A stretch of 37,443 nt of DNA, taken from assembly GCA_001179505.1 (NCBI GenBank), contig CDMY01000643.1:1-37443 (forward strand), read 5' to 3'. This DNA is from Vitrella brassicaformis CCMP3155. Lineage: Eukaryota > Protista > Chromerida. Positions 11,701 through 24,100 of this stretch are shown here, piece by piece; within the stretch, counting starts at the first letter, position 1, and each line of letters begins with the position of its first letter. The position numbers were made by a program, and so were the translations under genes. The notes beneath the pieces were generated by a model that had not been told where the DNA came from, searched no databases, and worked only from the letters and a program-made list of their open reading frames with translations.

Positions 11701-12990
11701 CGGGTAAGTAAGGCTCAGCTCACACACGGGCATCTCACCTCTCGGCTGATTGGGTGGGATGGATGCGTTGATGCGTGTGGGGGCCGTATGCAGCCTCAGG
11801 AGCCGCCCCTGTTGACCTACCGGCGGATGGACGAGGCCACCCTGCCCCTGTCGTCATCCGTCGCAGCACTCGCCCCATCCCGCCCACAGATGCCATACAC
11901 ACACTCGATCACCGGCACGCCACAAATTCAACACAGGGTGCGGTGCGCACGTCGGCCGACAAAGAAACAACACACGAACGCACTCCACTGTCTGTTTGAT
12001 GTCTGTCAGGCGTTGCCCGGGGTGGTGCACCGAGGCCATTTCTCGTTCATCCCGCCACCCACACACGCACCGGCACCGGCACCGGCGGCCATCTGTGGGC
12101 CGCCCCAGAGCACCATCACCACGCCACGCCAGATGACCTATGGGGGGCCGCCGGTGACCATGGGCAGTAGTGGACAGGTGCCTTTGGCCATGCTGCCCAA
12201 CAGCCCCATGATCACACACCGACAGCAGCACATCATGTGAGCAAATGGATGATGGGGAGGGAGGGAAAGGTGATCCAACGGGCTGGGGGACGTGTGTGTG
12301 TGTATGTGTGCGGTTTGTGTTTCGTTTGTCAGCCCTGGGCCTAGTCCAGCGTTGTCGTACCGTCCTGTTCTGCATGGCGTGCAGCCGAGGCCGGCACTCA
12401 ACGTCATGTACCACAATGCGCCGCCCACTGCCGCCGCTCGGCCGGCCCCATCCGGTAGCTAGGCGGGGAATGGTGGGAGACACCCACCCCACCCCATCCC
12501 ACACCCATCCTCTTTTGTCCATGTGTGTCTCTCTCTATTCATCAGCTCAATCGGCGGGCATGTTTTCGGCACTCGACCTCTCCCAGCCACGCCGAAGCAC
12601 CACTGCACCACAGGTAGGTACGGCGGCAACCAACGGACGCACCACAGCACAGCACGGCACAGCGCTACCCCCATGTCGAGACTCTCTCGTGTGTCGGTGG
12701 GCTGGCAGGGTGGCTTAGTGCCCCAGGTCCACCCCACCCAGCCCAAGAAGAGCCTCGCCTCACAGCTGGGCGTGCTTCACGAGGAGGCCAGCGACGAGGA
12801 ACGCACAAACAACCAGAACACCAACACCAACACCAACAGGGGCAGTGCCTACCCGGTCTCCAACGCAGAGGAGAGCGACGCGGCCATGGCCGTGCGGCGG
12901 CACATCACCGGACAAGATAATGTGAGGAGGGGCGGTGGCGGCAGTAGAGGTGGCGGGCGAGGCGGAAAGCACCACCCTTTCAAGCCGTAA
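5731..12990 (+). CDS. Very long, many-exon coiled-coil protein with a beta-rich (possibly C2-like) N-terminus and a low-complexity Pro/Gly-rich tail
   Basis: Exon 1 is 5731-6060 (MESILVTVMKP...LSLCLYT...QLFYPCILLKHFG), followed by many short GT-AG-bounded exons with heptad character (LYRTRNELKAKELLAES, ELVEIKHQLTVANDTIEDLQ, LLATIEHLKAEAADLQDQLRKA, HENASLRQELHKSHSILEGKEEEINQMRDAL). Last exon ends ...GGKHHPFKP-stop at 12990; an earlier stop at 12240 is possible if one intron is retained. The C2-like call is weak. Confidence 0.75.
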
Positions 12991-13961
12991 TCCATCGACG
13001 TACGTAGGGGAGGAACATGGTAGATGGATGGATGAGCTGGGGCGGGTGGGGCAGGCAGGCAGGCAGGCAGAGGGGAGGGGTGGGACGGATTTAATTGGCG
13101 GCGTGGCATTTTTCGTGCCCTTGGCATGCAAGCGTGGATCATGGCTGGCTGGCTGGGAGGGGGGCGATGGTAGCTAGCTGGCTGGCTGCATACATTCGTG
13201 GCCAACTCGGTGGGGGTCATATGTTCATGATGTGCTGCGATGACGTCTCCCACTGCCTGGATGGATGACCGATGGATGGATGTGTGACCGGTTTGGTTTG
13301 CAGGAATGGTGGTGGGTGAGATGAGATGAGTGCATTGGGTCGACATTCGGCGAGCGAACGTCATGGATGCGGTCAAGATGCCACACACACTTAATTGGAC
13401 ACCTTGTTCACACATGAATCCATCTCACTAATATACACGCACACACACACAAAATGCCAGACGGACTCCACAACGCAGACCCCTCCGAATCGCCTCAGCT
13501 GTTGGGCACCGATCGCAGAGCTGAGGACCGACCGAGTAGGTCTACCCGAGTAGTCGTCCACCAGCTGACAACCGGCCTCTCTGGTGGCGAAGAGAACCGC
13601 CCGTCCGACCGAGAGTGACCCAGATATATCACATGGGGAGCTGCGATGGTGTCACTCGGTCCCAGCAGCCCACACATCACCCAGAAGTTGTGTCGGCTGC
13701 AGCTCAGCGCAACTTCATCATCCCCGACAGAGCAATCGGTTGTCGATGCCTCGTCTACACTCGCCGACAGCCTCGGTCGGTTCGATGCGCGCCACAAGTG
13801 CGGCAACGGTGATGACCGAGCCGCCCAGTCCACGAAAGGTGCTGCCCAGACCACCACGTATCCGAGGCAGCGCACCACGCGCTCCCGCCACAGCAGCTCA
13901 GCCGCCACCGAAGAGGCCAAGAGCAAGAAGCGCCCCCTGAGTAGAGATCCGCGAACGGAGG

Positions 13962-14424
13962 TCATGAGTGGGCAAGATTCAGCCGCATGCCCTTCTTGGC
14001 CAAGTCATCGCACGCCTCCTTCACTTGCTGCAGCCACGCACAAAACACACCACAGGCACACACAGCAGACCACGCAGCGCCGTGGGTGCCGGGCGGGGGT
14101 CCCTCCTGCCCGCACGTGCCTACCTGTTCGAGTTCCTTTGCCGCCTCGGGGCATTCAGAGAAGGTCAGGAGGCCCCACCCAATGCAGGCTAACGAGTAGG
14201 TCCCGAACAGCATCACCACATAAAGGGGAGACTGAGCCGACGGACAGAATACAACCAAGATAATCGCAGATGCGTCGCCGCACCATGCATATGGGCGTGT
14301 TGCCGCTTACCACTCTCCATAGGAACCTCGCATGGCCGTCGGGAAGGACGAACAGGCCGCACAGCCACACAACAGTAGCCACACTCAGCAAGGCGACAAA
14401 GACCTTGCCGCGGGGTAACGCCAT
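13962..14424 (-). CDS. DPM3: Dolichol-phosphate mannosyltransferase subunit 3 (3 exons: 14311-14424, 14124-14231, 13962-14027; 95 aa)
   Basis: Spliced product MALPRGKVFVALLSVATVVWLCGLFVLPDGHARFLWRV-SPLYVVMLFGTYSLACIGWGLLTFSECPEAAKELEQ-QVKEACDDLAKKGMRLNLAHS. Two hydrophobic helices plus the DPM3 signature PxYxxxxFGxYSLxxIG...TFxxCPEAAxELxxxxxEAxxDLxxKG. All exons are phase 0 with GT-AG introns. Confidence 0.93.
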
Positions 14425-14749
14425 CAAAACTCTCACATATTCACCATCATCTGCCGCGCACACCTGCACCAGATCTCCTTTTTCTTCCTCCTCCTTCGGT
14501 GCGAGCTTGCGAGCTGAGATGCCCAGAGGGAAGAAAGGTTCGGCAAGGACGGATCATCCAGGAGTGCCAGGACATCCCCTTGCTGCCCTCGTTTGCTTTT
14601 TTGCTTTCCGCCCTCCCTGCATCCAGTTCGCCGAGCTTGCTTTTCCTCAGCTGACCTCTCTTCTCCGGCCTCGCCATCGCGTCAGTAGCGTGCAGCCTTG
14701 ATGCCCTCGAGCGTCTGAATGCCCTGGTAGTCGCCCTCACCACCCACTC
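14425..14749. promoter_or_regulatory. Candidate bidirectional promoter, DPM3/ASH2-like (325 nt)
   Basis: Divergent ATGs at 14424 and 14750; AGATCT at 14471. Confidence 0.6.
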
Positions 14750-15393
14750 ATGACGGTGGAAACGGAGCGGACGCTGCCGGCGCCCCTCCTGCCGCCGTTG
14801 GACGCGAGCAAGCCGTCATGCAAGGAGGAGGACAAGTCTGAGCAGTCCACCGACGCCACCAGTGGGGTGAATGCAAAGACGCCCCAGGACAAGGACGATG
14901 ACGCCCACATGTCTCCCCTACACGCACACGAGGCGGCAGGAGAGGTGCCCAAGCATCGCCATACTCGGGAAGGGGTCCAGACGAGGGCATCTCGATCAAG
15001 ATCCGATCGCAGCAGAGATGATCATGCAGCAGCAGCCGAGCCAGCAGAGTTGGGTGGGTCTAGGGCGCCGTACGGCAAGAAGGGGGGCGGGGGGAAGGCC
15101 GGGGGCCCGGTGGGCGGTGCCAGTGGCGGGTCGAGCAAGAACAAGCGGTCGTCCGAGCAGGCCTTGTTGAGGAAGCTGAACAAGAAGGGCCGCAACAATC
15201 ACTTCATGGTGAGCGAGGGGGAGGGAGAGGGGAGGTGATGGACGAACGGAGAGATCCACTGCATTCTGATGGATGCGGCCTTTGGTTTGTGTCTTGACCG
15301 TCTGCAGAAAGGGGTGAAGCGAAAGGCAGAGCCGCTTCTATCGGGTATGGGCAGTGGAGGAGGCCAAAAAAGGGAGGGACGTGCTGGCATTCA

Positions 15394-15427
<34 letters not shown>

Positions 15428-17117
15428 TGTGTGCAGACGACTTTCGAGCGTTGGTTCTATCGGTTCAGTACCGTGACAAGAAGATCAGCCTCTCGCCAGA
15501 TAGACTCACCGCCACGGGCGAAAAGGTACACGGCAGGCCAGAGCCGATGTGCACACCACACTGTTGGTGTGTGTTGTGCATCGCATCGATCGACCGACTG
15601 ACCAGGGGTATCGAACGGTGATGGCCAGTCACGGCAGTGACCACGGTAGCTGGTATTTCGAGGCCACGGTGGAGCCGCCACCGAGGGCACACCCATTCCC
15701 CAAACACAAACACGAGTGTGGTGGGCCACACGCACGGTAGGCACACGCATGGAAGAAAGGATCCATCCATCCATCCCTGTGAGTGTCGGTTCGGTTCGCA
15801 GTATTGGTTGGGCGTGTCGTTACACGAGATGGGACTTCCCCGCGGGCATGAATGCCTTTGGTCTGTAAGACAGCCGCCACACAGCGCCACGCCCACCCAC
15901 ACCCATCGCTCACGTGTGCTGTGGTCCGTCCGTATGTGTGTCTGTGATGTCATTAGGGTACTGCATTCGCGACTGCGATGGCCGGGTGGTCCAGAACGGC
16001 CGGACCAACGACTATGCTGAGCCATTCGGTCAGCTAGCTGACTACACGCACACACACAGTGAGAGAGAGCGTGTGTATGTGAATGTGTGCGTCCATGTGT
16101 GCAGGTGTGGGCGATACGGTTGGCTGCATGATCACGCTGCCGCACCCCCGCAACCCGCTGCCCACAGAGGACCCCAGGGACAAACCGCACCTCGTGCACT
16201 TCCTATCGAGTATGGTTGGATGGGATGACACCCACAAACACACACCAAGTCAGACAAGGGCCCACCACACATGGCATGGTTTGTGTATTCTGTCTGTCTG
16301 TCACATCCATCCATCAGAGGGTCTGCTGTGTGACCCCGAGAAGCCTCCCACCCCCATCCCCTCCGAGGGGTCGTCCGTGGCCTTCACTGTCAACGGCAAA
16401 GGGTGCGTACCGATACATAAGCCCCCACGCTCGGCACAGAGAATACCCCCTAGTAGTTAATGTAATGGCCTCCTCCCTCCCCTCCCTGTGTCGCATACAT
16501 GTCATGTGTGTGTCAAACGATGATTCAGGTACGGCTCAGCGTTCACGGGGCTCAACGAGGGCAAGTACTACCCCGTGGTGTCGCTGTACATGGGCGCATC
16601 GGTGCGGCTGAACTTCGGCCCCAAGTTCGCCCACCCACCGCCACCCGGCGTCCGCCCCGCATGCGAGTTCTTCTACCAGAGAAGACGCGGCATCCCCAAC
16701 ACACTCAGACCACACCACCAGCACCAACCACACAGACCCGGCGACGCCAAGAGGCAGAAAGTGGGCGACCACCATCCCCCCCACCAGCACCAGCCGTCTT
16801 CGTCGGCTGCTGCTGCTCCTCCTCCTGCTGCTGCTGCCACTGCCCGTCCATTCCCCCCTCCGCCACCATTGTTTCCGCCCGACGAGCCGCCAAAGCCCCC
16901 AGCAGAGAGCCAGGGGGAGGAGTGCCGCCAAGGGGGAGGGGGTGAGGAGGCGATGGCGGCCATGGCGGAGGAGGGCAAGCCCGACGGTGGCGGGGTGGGT
17001 GGGGATATCGGTGGGAGTGGGGACGGGGCTGTAGCTACAGAAGTAGCTGCTGCTGAGGAGATGCATAACCAGGATGGCGAATCGCTCTTTTCGGTCGATG
17101 GATCGAGGAGCATCTGA
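14750..17117 (+). CDS. ASH2L: ASH2/Bre2/TRAUCO-like SPRY-domain subunit of the COMPASS (Set1/MLL) H3K4 methyltransferase complex
   Basis: Spliced SPRY motifs: [117 protein letters not shown]. These match the ASH2-type SPRY order GYR...HG...WYFE...RxGW...G(D)xxG...YxPxxSLY...NFGPxF. Basic, low-complexity N-terminus. Confidence 0.88.
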
Positions 17118-17151
17118 CTGAGTGAGCGTGTGGGGGATGCCCCATGGTTCG

Positions 17152-17541
17152 GATGGCTAACGGTTTGAGCGAGGTGGATGGCATGGCAACGGCATGGCAA
17201 TCCGTGGCGATGTGTATGTGTAGTCGGTAGAGAGAGGGCCGACCACCGCCATGGTGTGTGCGTGTCGATGGGTGGCAGGGAGGGGGTGGGTGTACTGCAT
17301 GACGGTCGATTGTACAGTGGCTGGTTGAAGGACCGAGTGCATTTGTGAGACGAACAGACAGACAGACAGATGGAGACGCTAGTGTGTTGCTTGACCCACC
17401 CACAACCATTTGCTCAATCAAAGTCAGTCAGTGTCTCTCCAAACACAGGACATTCCGACATCCACTGCATCCACACGGTTCCCATCCATCCATCCATCCA
17501 TCCATCCACATGGCTGTCAGGGGCAGAGAAAAGCCTGCAGG
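17152..17541 (+). repeat. Direct repeat, copy 1 (~390 bp)
   Basis: gatggctaacggtttgagcgagg...cacatggctgtcagggg..agagaaa...ctgcagg; near-identical to 26425-26818. The first ~200 bp look identical by eye; later differences are a few substitutions, a gtca indel and variation in the (CATC)n tract. Confidence 0.97.
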
Positions 17542-17748
17542 AAGTGACGGCCACATGTGTTATCGAGAGCCTAGTGTTGGCAGCACTCTCACACAGTGAC
17601 CCCACACCCAGGCAGGCAGGCCTTCCACGCCATCCGTGAGCCGAGCAAACAAAGCAATCTCTAACGCACATGCACGCTTGCACACCTCCACTCCTCCTTC
17701 CCCTCGAGACAGTTGTGTAGTGCCATGCAGTGAGTGTATTGTGTGGGT

Positions 17749-20700
17749 CTACTCCTCCTCTTTCTTTATGACGGTATCTGTCTCGCCGTGCCCGTATCCC
17801 TCTTCCTCTCCCCCCTCTATCTTCTGTCTCTGTCTGGGCTGGCTGGGTCGCAGCACTATCGTGCCGTCTGTCCTCTCTGTCACGCGACACCTCTCCTTAG
17901 CTCCCTGCCTCAACATCGTGACCAGAGAGCTAGACCTGTGCTCGCCAGACACTGCTACACTGCTGAGTGTGGGGAAGCGGGAAAAGGCCTCAAGAACACA
18001 CTCGGCGAATGAACCGTACAACTTGCGCGACTCTGTAGTGTTGAAATGACCCTTGATGTGCAGATCGATTGACGAGACACGGCCACTCTCCATGACCTCT
18101 CTGACTGCCTCTTCTCCCCCATACACTTCCCAACCGATAGACACGTTGCGGTGGATGGGAGAATCGCTGTCATCGTCGTATCCATATCGATTGCATGTGA
18201 TGTCATACTTCAGCTGTACTGCTAAGTCCTTGCCTTCACTCGACACGAACTCAAGGCCATCAGGCACCAGTGTGCATCTGGCCTGAGGATTCGCGTGGGC
18301 AGACAACTCAAAACGCACCTTCTCTAGGTGGGGGGAGAGGGCATGCAGCACATTGCCCGCCCCACCATCATACACATCCCTGCCCTCCCCTCTCTGCTCA
18401 ACCACGACAGATGACACACTCGGTGGGTGGTCTGTGATGAAGGAAGGGAGCTGCTGGTCGCCGACGAAGGAAGGTGTGATGGTGAGTTCGTGGGCGAGAT
18501 CACACACCAGCGAGTCCAGCCCGGGGGCCTCTTCGATGGTGCTGGCACTCGCGTGGCTGCGGAGGGTCACCTTCTCGGCCTGCCGGCAGCACACCTCCAC
18601 TGTGGCGAGGGAGTCCGTGAGGGTCTTCTCGTTGCCTCTGAAGGGCAGATGGACGGTGGGGCCGCCCTGCAGCTCGCCGTCTTCGATGCAGCCGAAGTAG
18701 TCCTCACGGGCGTCAGGGGCCAGGCACTTGGTGCGAAAACGATGCAGATTCTGCCGACGAACACGGAGACGAAAGGGTCGGGGGATGGCCATGGATGCGG
18801 AAAGTGTCGGTCTTTCTTCCCCACCTTTATGTCGTCTGTGTTTTGGATCTCTCCGATGGCCATCTCGAACTCCTCCAGGGGGCCTGCCCCGTCGCCCGTC
18901 GAGCCCACCAAGTTGATGAAGCCATTGTGGGTGTAGTCGAAGAACGCGATGCGGCCAGTCAGCGACGTGAGGCTCTTAGCTGACACATACACACAAGGGC
19001 AAGGACAGGGACGTCACACTCTCCCGGGGGCGTGGATTATATTCTCATTACCTGAAGGGGTGTCCACGAGGGCGTTTGCCACTTGGTCGAGACTCGCAGC
19101 GGCACCTCGGCAGCTCGGGTTCTCCTGGAAGCAAAGTAGCAACATGGGATCAGTCGTTCATCAACCACACGCTGCCCATTTCCCTCTCTGAGTGGCCTCC
19201 TCACCTTGTCGCAGATGATGTGCAGCGATTTGATGCCCCCATCAGCCTCGCGGATCCATCGATGAGCCCCAGCCATGGTGACGTCCACCACACTGAGGCC
19301 CTGCAGTGACGGCATCTGGTACATGCGGTCCTCTGCCACCTTCATCCACACATTGCCAACACTGGCTGACTCCACACGCTCAAACACAATCGGCCTCTGC
19401 CGCATACACGAGAGGGAGACATAACAATGATGAGTGGAAGGAGGCCTCTGTGTCTTGTCAGCGCCCCTCACCTTGTTGTGTGGCAGGTCAACCTTCTGGA
19501 AGTCGCCCTTCCTCTGACGCATGTCTCGCTCCACGAAGTACTGCACCTGTGGCTCTGTCGCACGCTGGCCATTCCTGTAGATGGGATGCTCGTAGGGGCA
19601 CTGCAGGTCCACACTCTCGACGGTGGTCGAGAGGCGCTCCAGCAGGTACACCAGCGACTTGGTGGGCCGGTGGTAGATGCGCACGTCAACACACTCTGAC
19701 AACGGACCTGATCACAACAAAACACCACAAATGGTCGCACACACAGAGGTGTCGGCTTCCCCCTCTCCTCACCGGCCGTCCATTTCCTAGCGATTTTCAT
19801 TTTGGGTGAGTCGTCCAGCTCGACGATGGGGTGCATGCTGGCCTGCTGGGTGAGGTGGTGGAAGAAGGTGTTGATGCTCGCCAGCGACTCCAGGCACGAC
19901 ACGAAGCCCAACATGGCGCCCATACCCACACCGTCGGCCATCCACAGGGCGTCAGGCAGACCTTCAAGCGGCGATGTGACCTGAGGGAAAGAGACCACAA
20001 AATAGAGGGAAATGGAAATGGATTCCCTCCTTCTGTGTGTTGTGTTGTGTTGTGTTGTGTTGTGTTGACCTGCTCGGTGTCGTCTTCGTCGATTTCGTTA
20101 AGTCTGTGTCGGATGGCGTCGAGTTTGCGGATGTTCTCCTTCATCTGCCTGGTAGCGACCTTGTCCACGTGGCTGATTTGCGTGTTGGCGTCGGCATATA
20201 CCATGCTCGACCACACGCGAATCTGACGATCCACCTCCTGAATGTGAACAACAACACACACATACAAGGAGAGGCTGTCTGTGTTGATGTCGCTTGGTGT
20301 GCATGGTGTTGGCCCTGACCCACCCACTCACCGACATGCGGTGTTGGTGTTGGAGCGATTCGGCATCAGGGGCGGCCTTCCTCAACTCATACACCTCACG
20401 AGCCTGCATGATGGCATCAACACACAGTGTCACACACACATTCCATCACCACAACACACGTGCACCTTCCCCGTTCCGCCAGCCTGTCTGTTCGACGAGG
20501 TACCTCCTCTTCGGCCTGTTTGGCCTGCTTGAGCTGCGCTTCGAACTTCGCCGTCATCTTCTTCAAAGCCTTCAACGCGTCCTCAGGACCAACCTCAACC
20601 ACATCCTGCATAAAGTAATGAAGCCAAACCACGAAACACACGGAAATGCACCCACCACCAGCCTCAGCAGCCCTCTGCATCCCTCAGTGCTCACCTCCAT

Positions 20701-20965
20701 CTCCTCGTCGCCGTCCGACACCTCCATCTTATCCCTCCCGCCGCCCTTCTTATCGCCCTTACCCTTACCCTTCTTATCCCCCCGCTGCCTCTTCTTGCCG
20801 GCCTTCCTGCGCCGCCCTCCCCTTGGCATAGTCCGAGCCCTCCTCGTCACTGCTGCTGGTGTCGACGTCCATGATGGGTTTGCGCTTCTGCCCGCCGCTC
20901 GCCTTGAGCAAGGCCAGCTGCCGGGCCGTCATGCGATGGTCGTCCTCACCCTCACCTGCATCCAT
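17749..20965 (-). CDS. Gene A: coiled-coil + F-box-like + LRR-like protein, paralog of gene B; apparent +1 frameshift near the 5' end
   Basis: Exons EVGPEDALKALKKMTAKFEAQLKQAK, EVDRQIRVWSSMV...RKLDAIRHRLNEI, F-box-like LEGLPDALW...SLASINTFFHHLTQQ, LSECVDVRIYHRPTKSLVYLLERL, MYQMPSLQGLSVVD, KSLTSLTGRIA; long last exon ends at 17749. The start is ATG 20965 (which needs a frameshift) or ATG 20829. Confidence 0.8.
20036..20067. repeat. Intronic (GTGTT)n pentanucleotide microsatellite, one example of the many intronic (GT)n, (CAGA)n and (GATG)n tracts
   Basis: Read directly: tgtgttgtgttgtgttgtgttgtgttgtgttg. Confidence 0.95.
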
Positions 20966-21191
20966 GGTTAGAGGGAGGGAGCGAATGGCAGATCTGCCGA
21001 ACGCAAGGCACGGCGGGAACAAACAACCTCAGCTTTTAACCCAATGCAAAGAATATCTCAGCGGCCAGGATCCGGTGATTTACATCCATCGCTCTTCCCC
21101 TTCGCCTGGCTGCTGAACTCTCTCTCGTTCTCTCCTTCTCGCCCGATCCCCCGTGTTGGTTGCTCTCGTTCTCTCTTTCGCCCCGCCCCTG
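20966..21191. promoter_or_regulatory. Candidate bidirectional promoter shared by paralogs A and B; contains the 12-bp perfect palindrome GGCAGATCTGCC
   Basis: Divergent ATGs at 20965 and 21192; palindrome at 20987-20998. Confidence 0.6.
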
Positions 21192-24100
21192 ATGGAGACC
21201 GACGCCCGTCCTGCCCGCCCGAAGCGCCAGACCGCCATTAAGGCCGCTGCATCTGCTGCGGCTGCTGTGCCGATGAAGCGCAAGGCCGTGGATGAGCCGA
21301 TGGCGTCGTGTGAGAGCAGCAACGACTCGTGCAGTGACTGGGAGAAGGTGTGCGGCATCAAGAAGAAGAGCAAGGCGCGCCGCGTGGGCAACAAGACCGT
21401 CAAGGGCAAGGGAGGGAAGGATGAGGTGGGCAAGAAGGGCGAGAAGCGGGCCAAGAAGACTAAGGCGCTGACACCTGACGTGGACATGGAGGTATGTGTG
21501 ACCACACACAAAGGGAGAGGTGTGGGAAGGAGCGAGATGGACTGCTGACTTGTGTGTTTGTGTGTTGTATCACCCACCCATGACGTCACCCATGTGTGTG
21601 TGCAGGATGCGTTTGAGGTCGGTCCCGTTGATGCGTTGAAGGCTCTGTCCAGGGTGGCTCAGAAGCTAAAGGCGCAACTCAACATGACCAACGAAGCCAA
21701 AGCAAGGGTACACACGTGGGTGCAGTCAAAAGCAAGAGAGTCAGGGAGGGATGAGAGAGCAGATGAGATGCCGATGAATGTGTCTTTGTGTGATGTGTTG
21801 ATTCATTGATTCGTTGTCCACTCACTCGTTCAGGCTGAGCAAGTGTTGGATGTCAAGATGGCCATTCCCGAACCCGACACACAGACCAAACAGAATCGCA
21901 TACAGGTGCGTGGGCAACGACACACACACACACAACCATCACACCACACAGATCCATGGATGTGCCATGCCTGCCTTTGTGGTATGTTGCAGGAGGTTGA
22001 GCGTCACTTCCGCGTGTGGAAGGCGATGGTGATGAAGGACACCAAGATGCAGGTGCGCAACGCTGACGAGACGGCGGCCGAGCAGATGGAAGCATGCAAC
22101 AAGAAACTCGACGCCATACAACACACAATGAACAATCTGGACAAAGAGGAGGTCAGTCCCACCACAGGCACACAAAGAGAGAGAGGCTGGGGAGGGAGAT
22201 GGTGTCCACACCATTCACTGTTCCCCATTTCCGCTGTGTGTGTGTGTGTGTGTGTGTGGCGTATGTCATCAGTTGCGCTCTGCTTTGGAGGAGTTGCCTG
22301 AGGCGCTGTGGATGACGACCGAGGAGGGCATGGGGCTCGGCGCATACCTCGGCTTCCACACCTTCATGACCTCGCTCGCCCCCGTCTGCACCCATTTCCA
22401 CACCCTCAGCCAACAGGCCCCCGCCCACCCCATACTCGACATCCACACCGACCCACCCGAACACATCGCTAACAAACTACCAGGTGACGTAGAGCAGACC
22501 ACACACACTTTCGTCTGTCCGTGTCATTCCGTCCTTGTTTCTGTGCTTTTCAGGTCGTTTGTCTGAGTGTCGTCACTTGGCTGTGTACCACCGCCCCACT
22601 CGCACCCTCGTCCGGCTGCTCGAGCAGTTCGCACCCCACATCGAGACGGTCAAGCTGCAGGGCCCCGCCCAGCAACCCAAGGACAGCAAGGGCAGGTCAC
22701 GCAAGGTCCGGCAGGCACGCAAGAACGACTACGAGGACATCAACCTTGAGTGGAACAGCAACACCCTCTCCTTCCCCGAGCTCCACACGGCGGCGGTCAA
22801 CAACGTGTGGGGCAACGTCACGAGCGGTCGCAGGTATCGGCTGCCGGCACTGCGACATCTGAGTGTGGTGGATCTCGACAACACGGGGTATGGGACGGTG
22901 AACGGATGGCTGCACAACGACGCGGCGCCTGGCCTGTCATCGCTCCACTTCAGCTACGATCCGGTGAGGGAAACAAAGGGCAGAGAATCGGGCTGCCTGC
23001 ATTCGCCATGCGATGTTTCATTTTTCCATGCAGAATGACCCCAACTGTGACCACATGGTGCGCCTCGACCAGATCAGAGACACCATCCGCTGCAAGTTTC
23101 GCAGGAAGACCGGTGACAGGACTGGTGGGTATTACACCAGAGACAGACACCACACACTGATGGGAACAAGGCATTCACACTGGCCTTGTCCGTTACGCCT
23201 TGTTCCCATCAGTCAAGAGTCTCACCAGCCTGACCGGCCGCATCGCCATCCCAGACCATCCCTACTCCTACACCTACAATAGCGAGGCTACCGGCCGATT
23301 CAAGGGCCTGTTCAACACCCGCTCCGCGAGCCGCCTGCACAAGGTCGAGCTCGCCCTGCCTGAGATCAAAGGACAAGACATCTTCCAGGTGGGCCTTTCA
23401 GCCAGACACTCGATGCATGGCACCACACACCAGGTGCAGTCGCCTCTGTCCCTTTGTGTTTTTGCGTTGTCGTTGCTCCAGGAGCTGCATTCGTTTCGCA
23501 CATCGTGTTTGGCCGACGGGGCGAGCGAGACCTACAACCACGCCCCCGCCCACGGCCCGCCCGAGGGACTGAGAGTGCGCCTGCCCTTCCAAGGCAGGAC
23601 CATCAATCTCACGGCCCTCATCGAGACTGTCAGGGTCTGCTGCCAGCAGGCCAAGCACGTCACCCTGCAGTCACACGGCAATCAGGGCAACTACGGCAAG
23701 GGCAACCCCCAGCTCGGCTCGGTCGTCTTCTCGTCTGTGCGTGTGCTCAATATCGAGTCGGGGTGGTCTGCCAATATGCCGGTGCTTCATCTGCCTGCCT
23801 ACATCCGTCAGAACAGCGGGTCGATGTTCCCGCATGTCGAGTCTGTCGTGTTGAAGGATGGGGGGCGTGATGTTGCATTCTATTGGCGTGGTGTGGGTGA
23901 TGTGCTGTCGGGTCTGACGTCGGCCGACCATGTGCAGTTTGATCTGTCTGCCCGTGCTGACCCCGATGCTACGCTGTGTCTCGTGCCTGCTGGCTGTGCG
24001 TTCTTGCCAGCTGCCGGCAGCGACCTCGCCGTGACCATCAAGGCCACCATTTCCCTTTATCCCATGTTCGGTGTGCAGCCAGGCCAAGTGCATCACTCAG

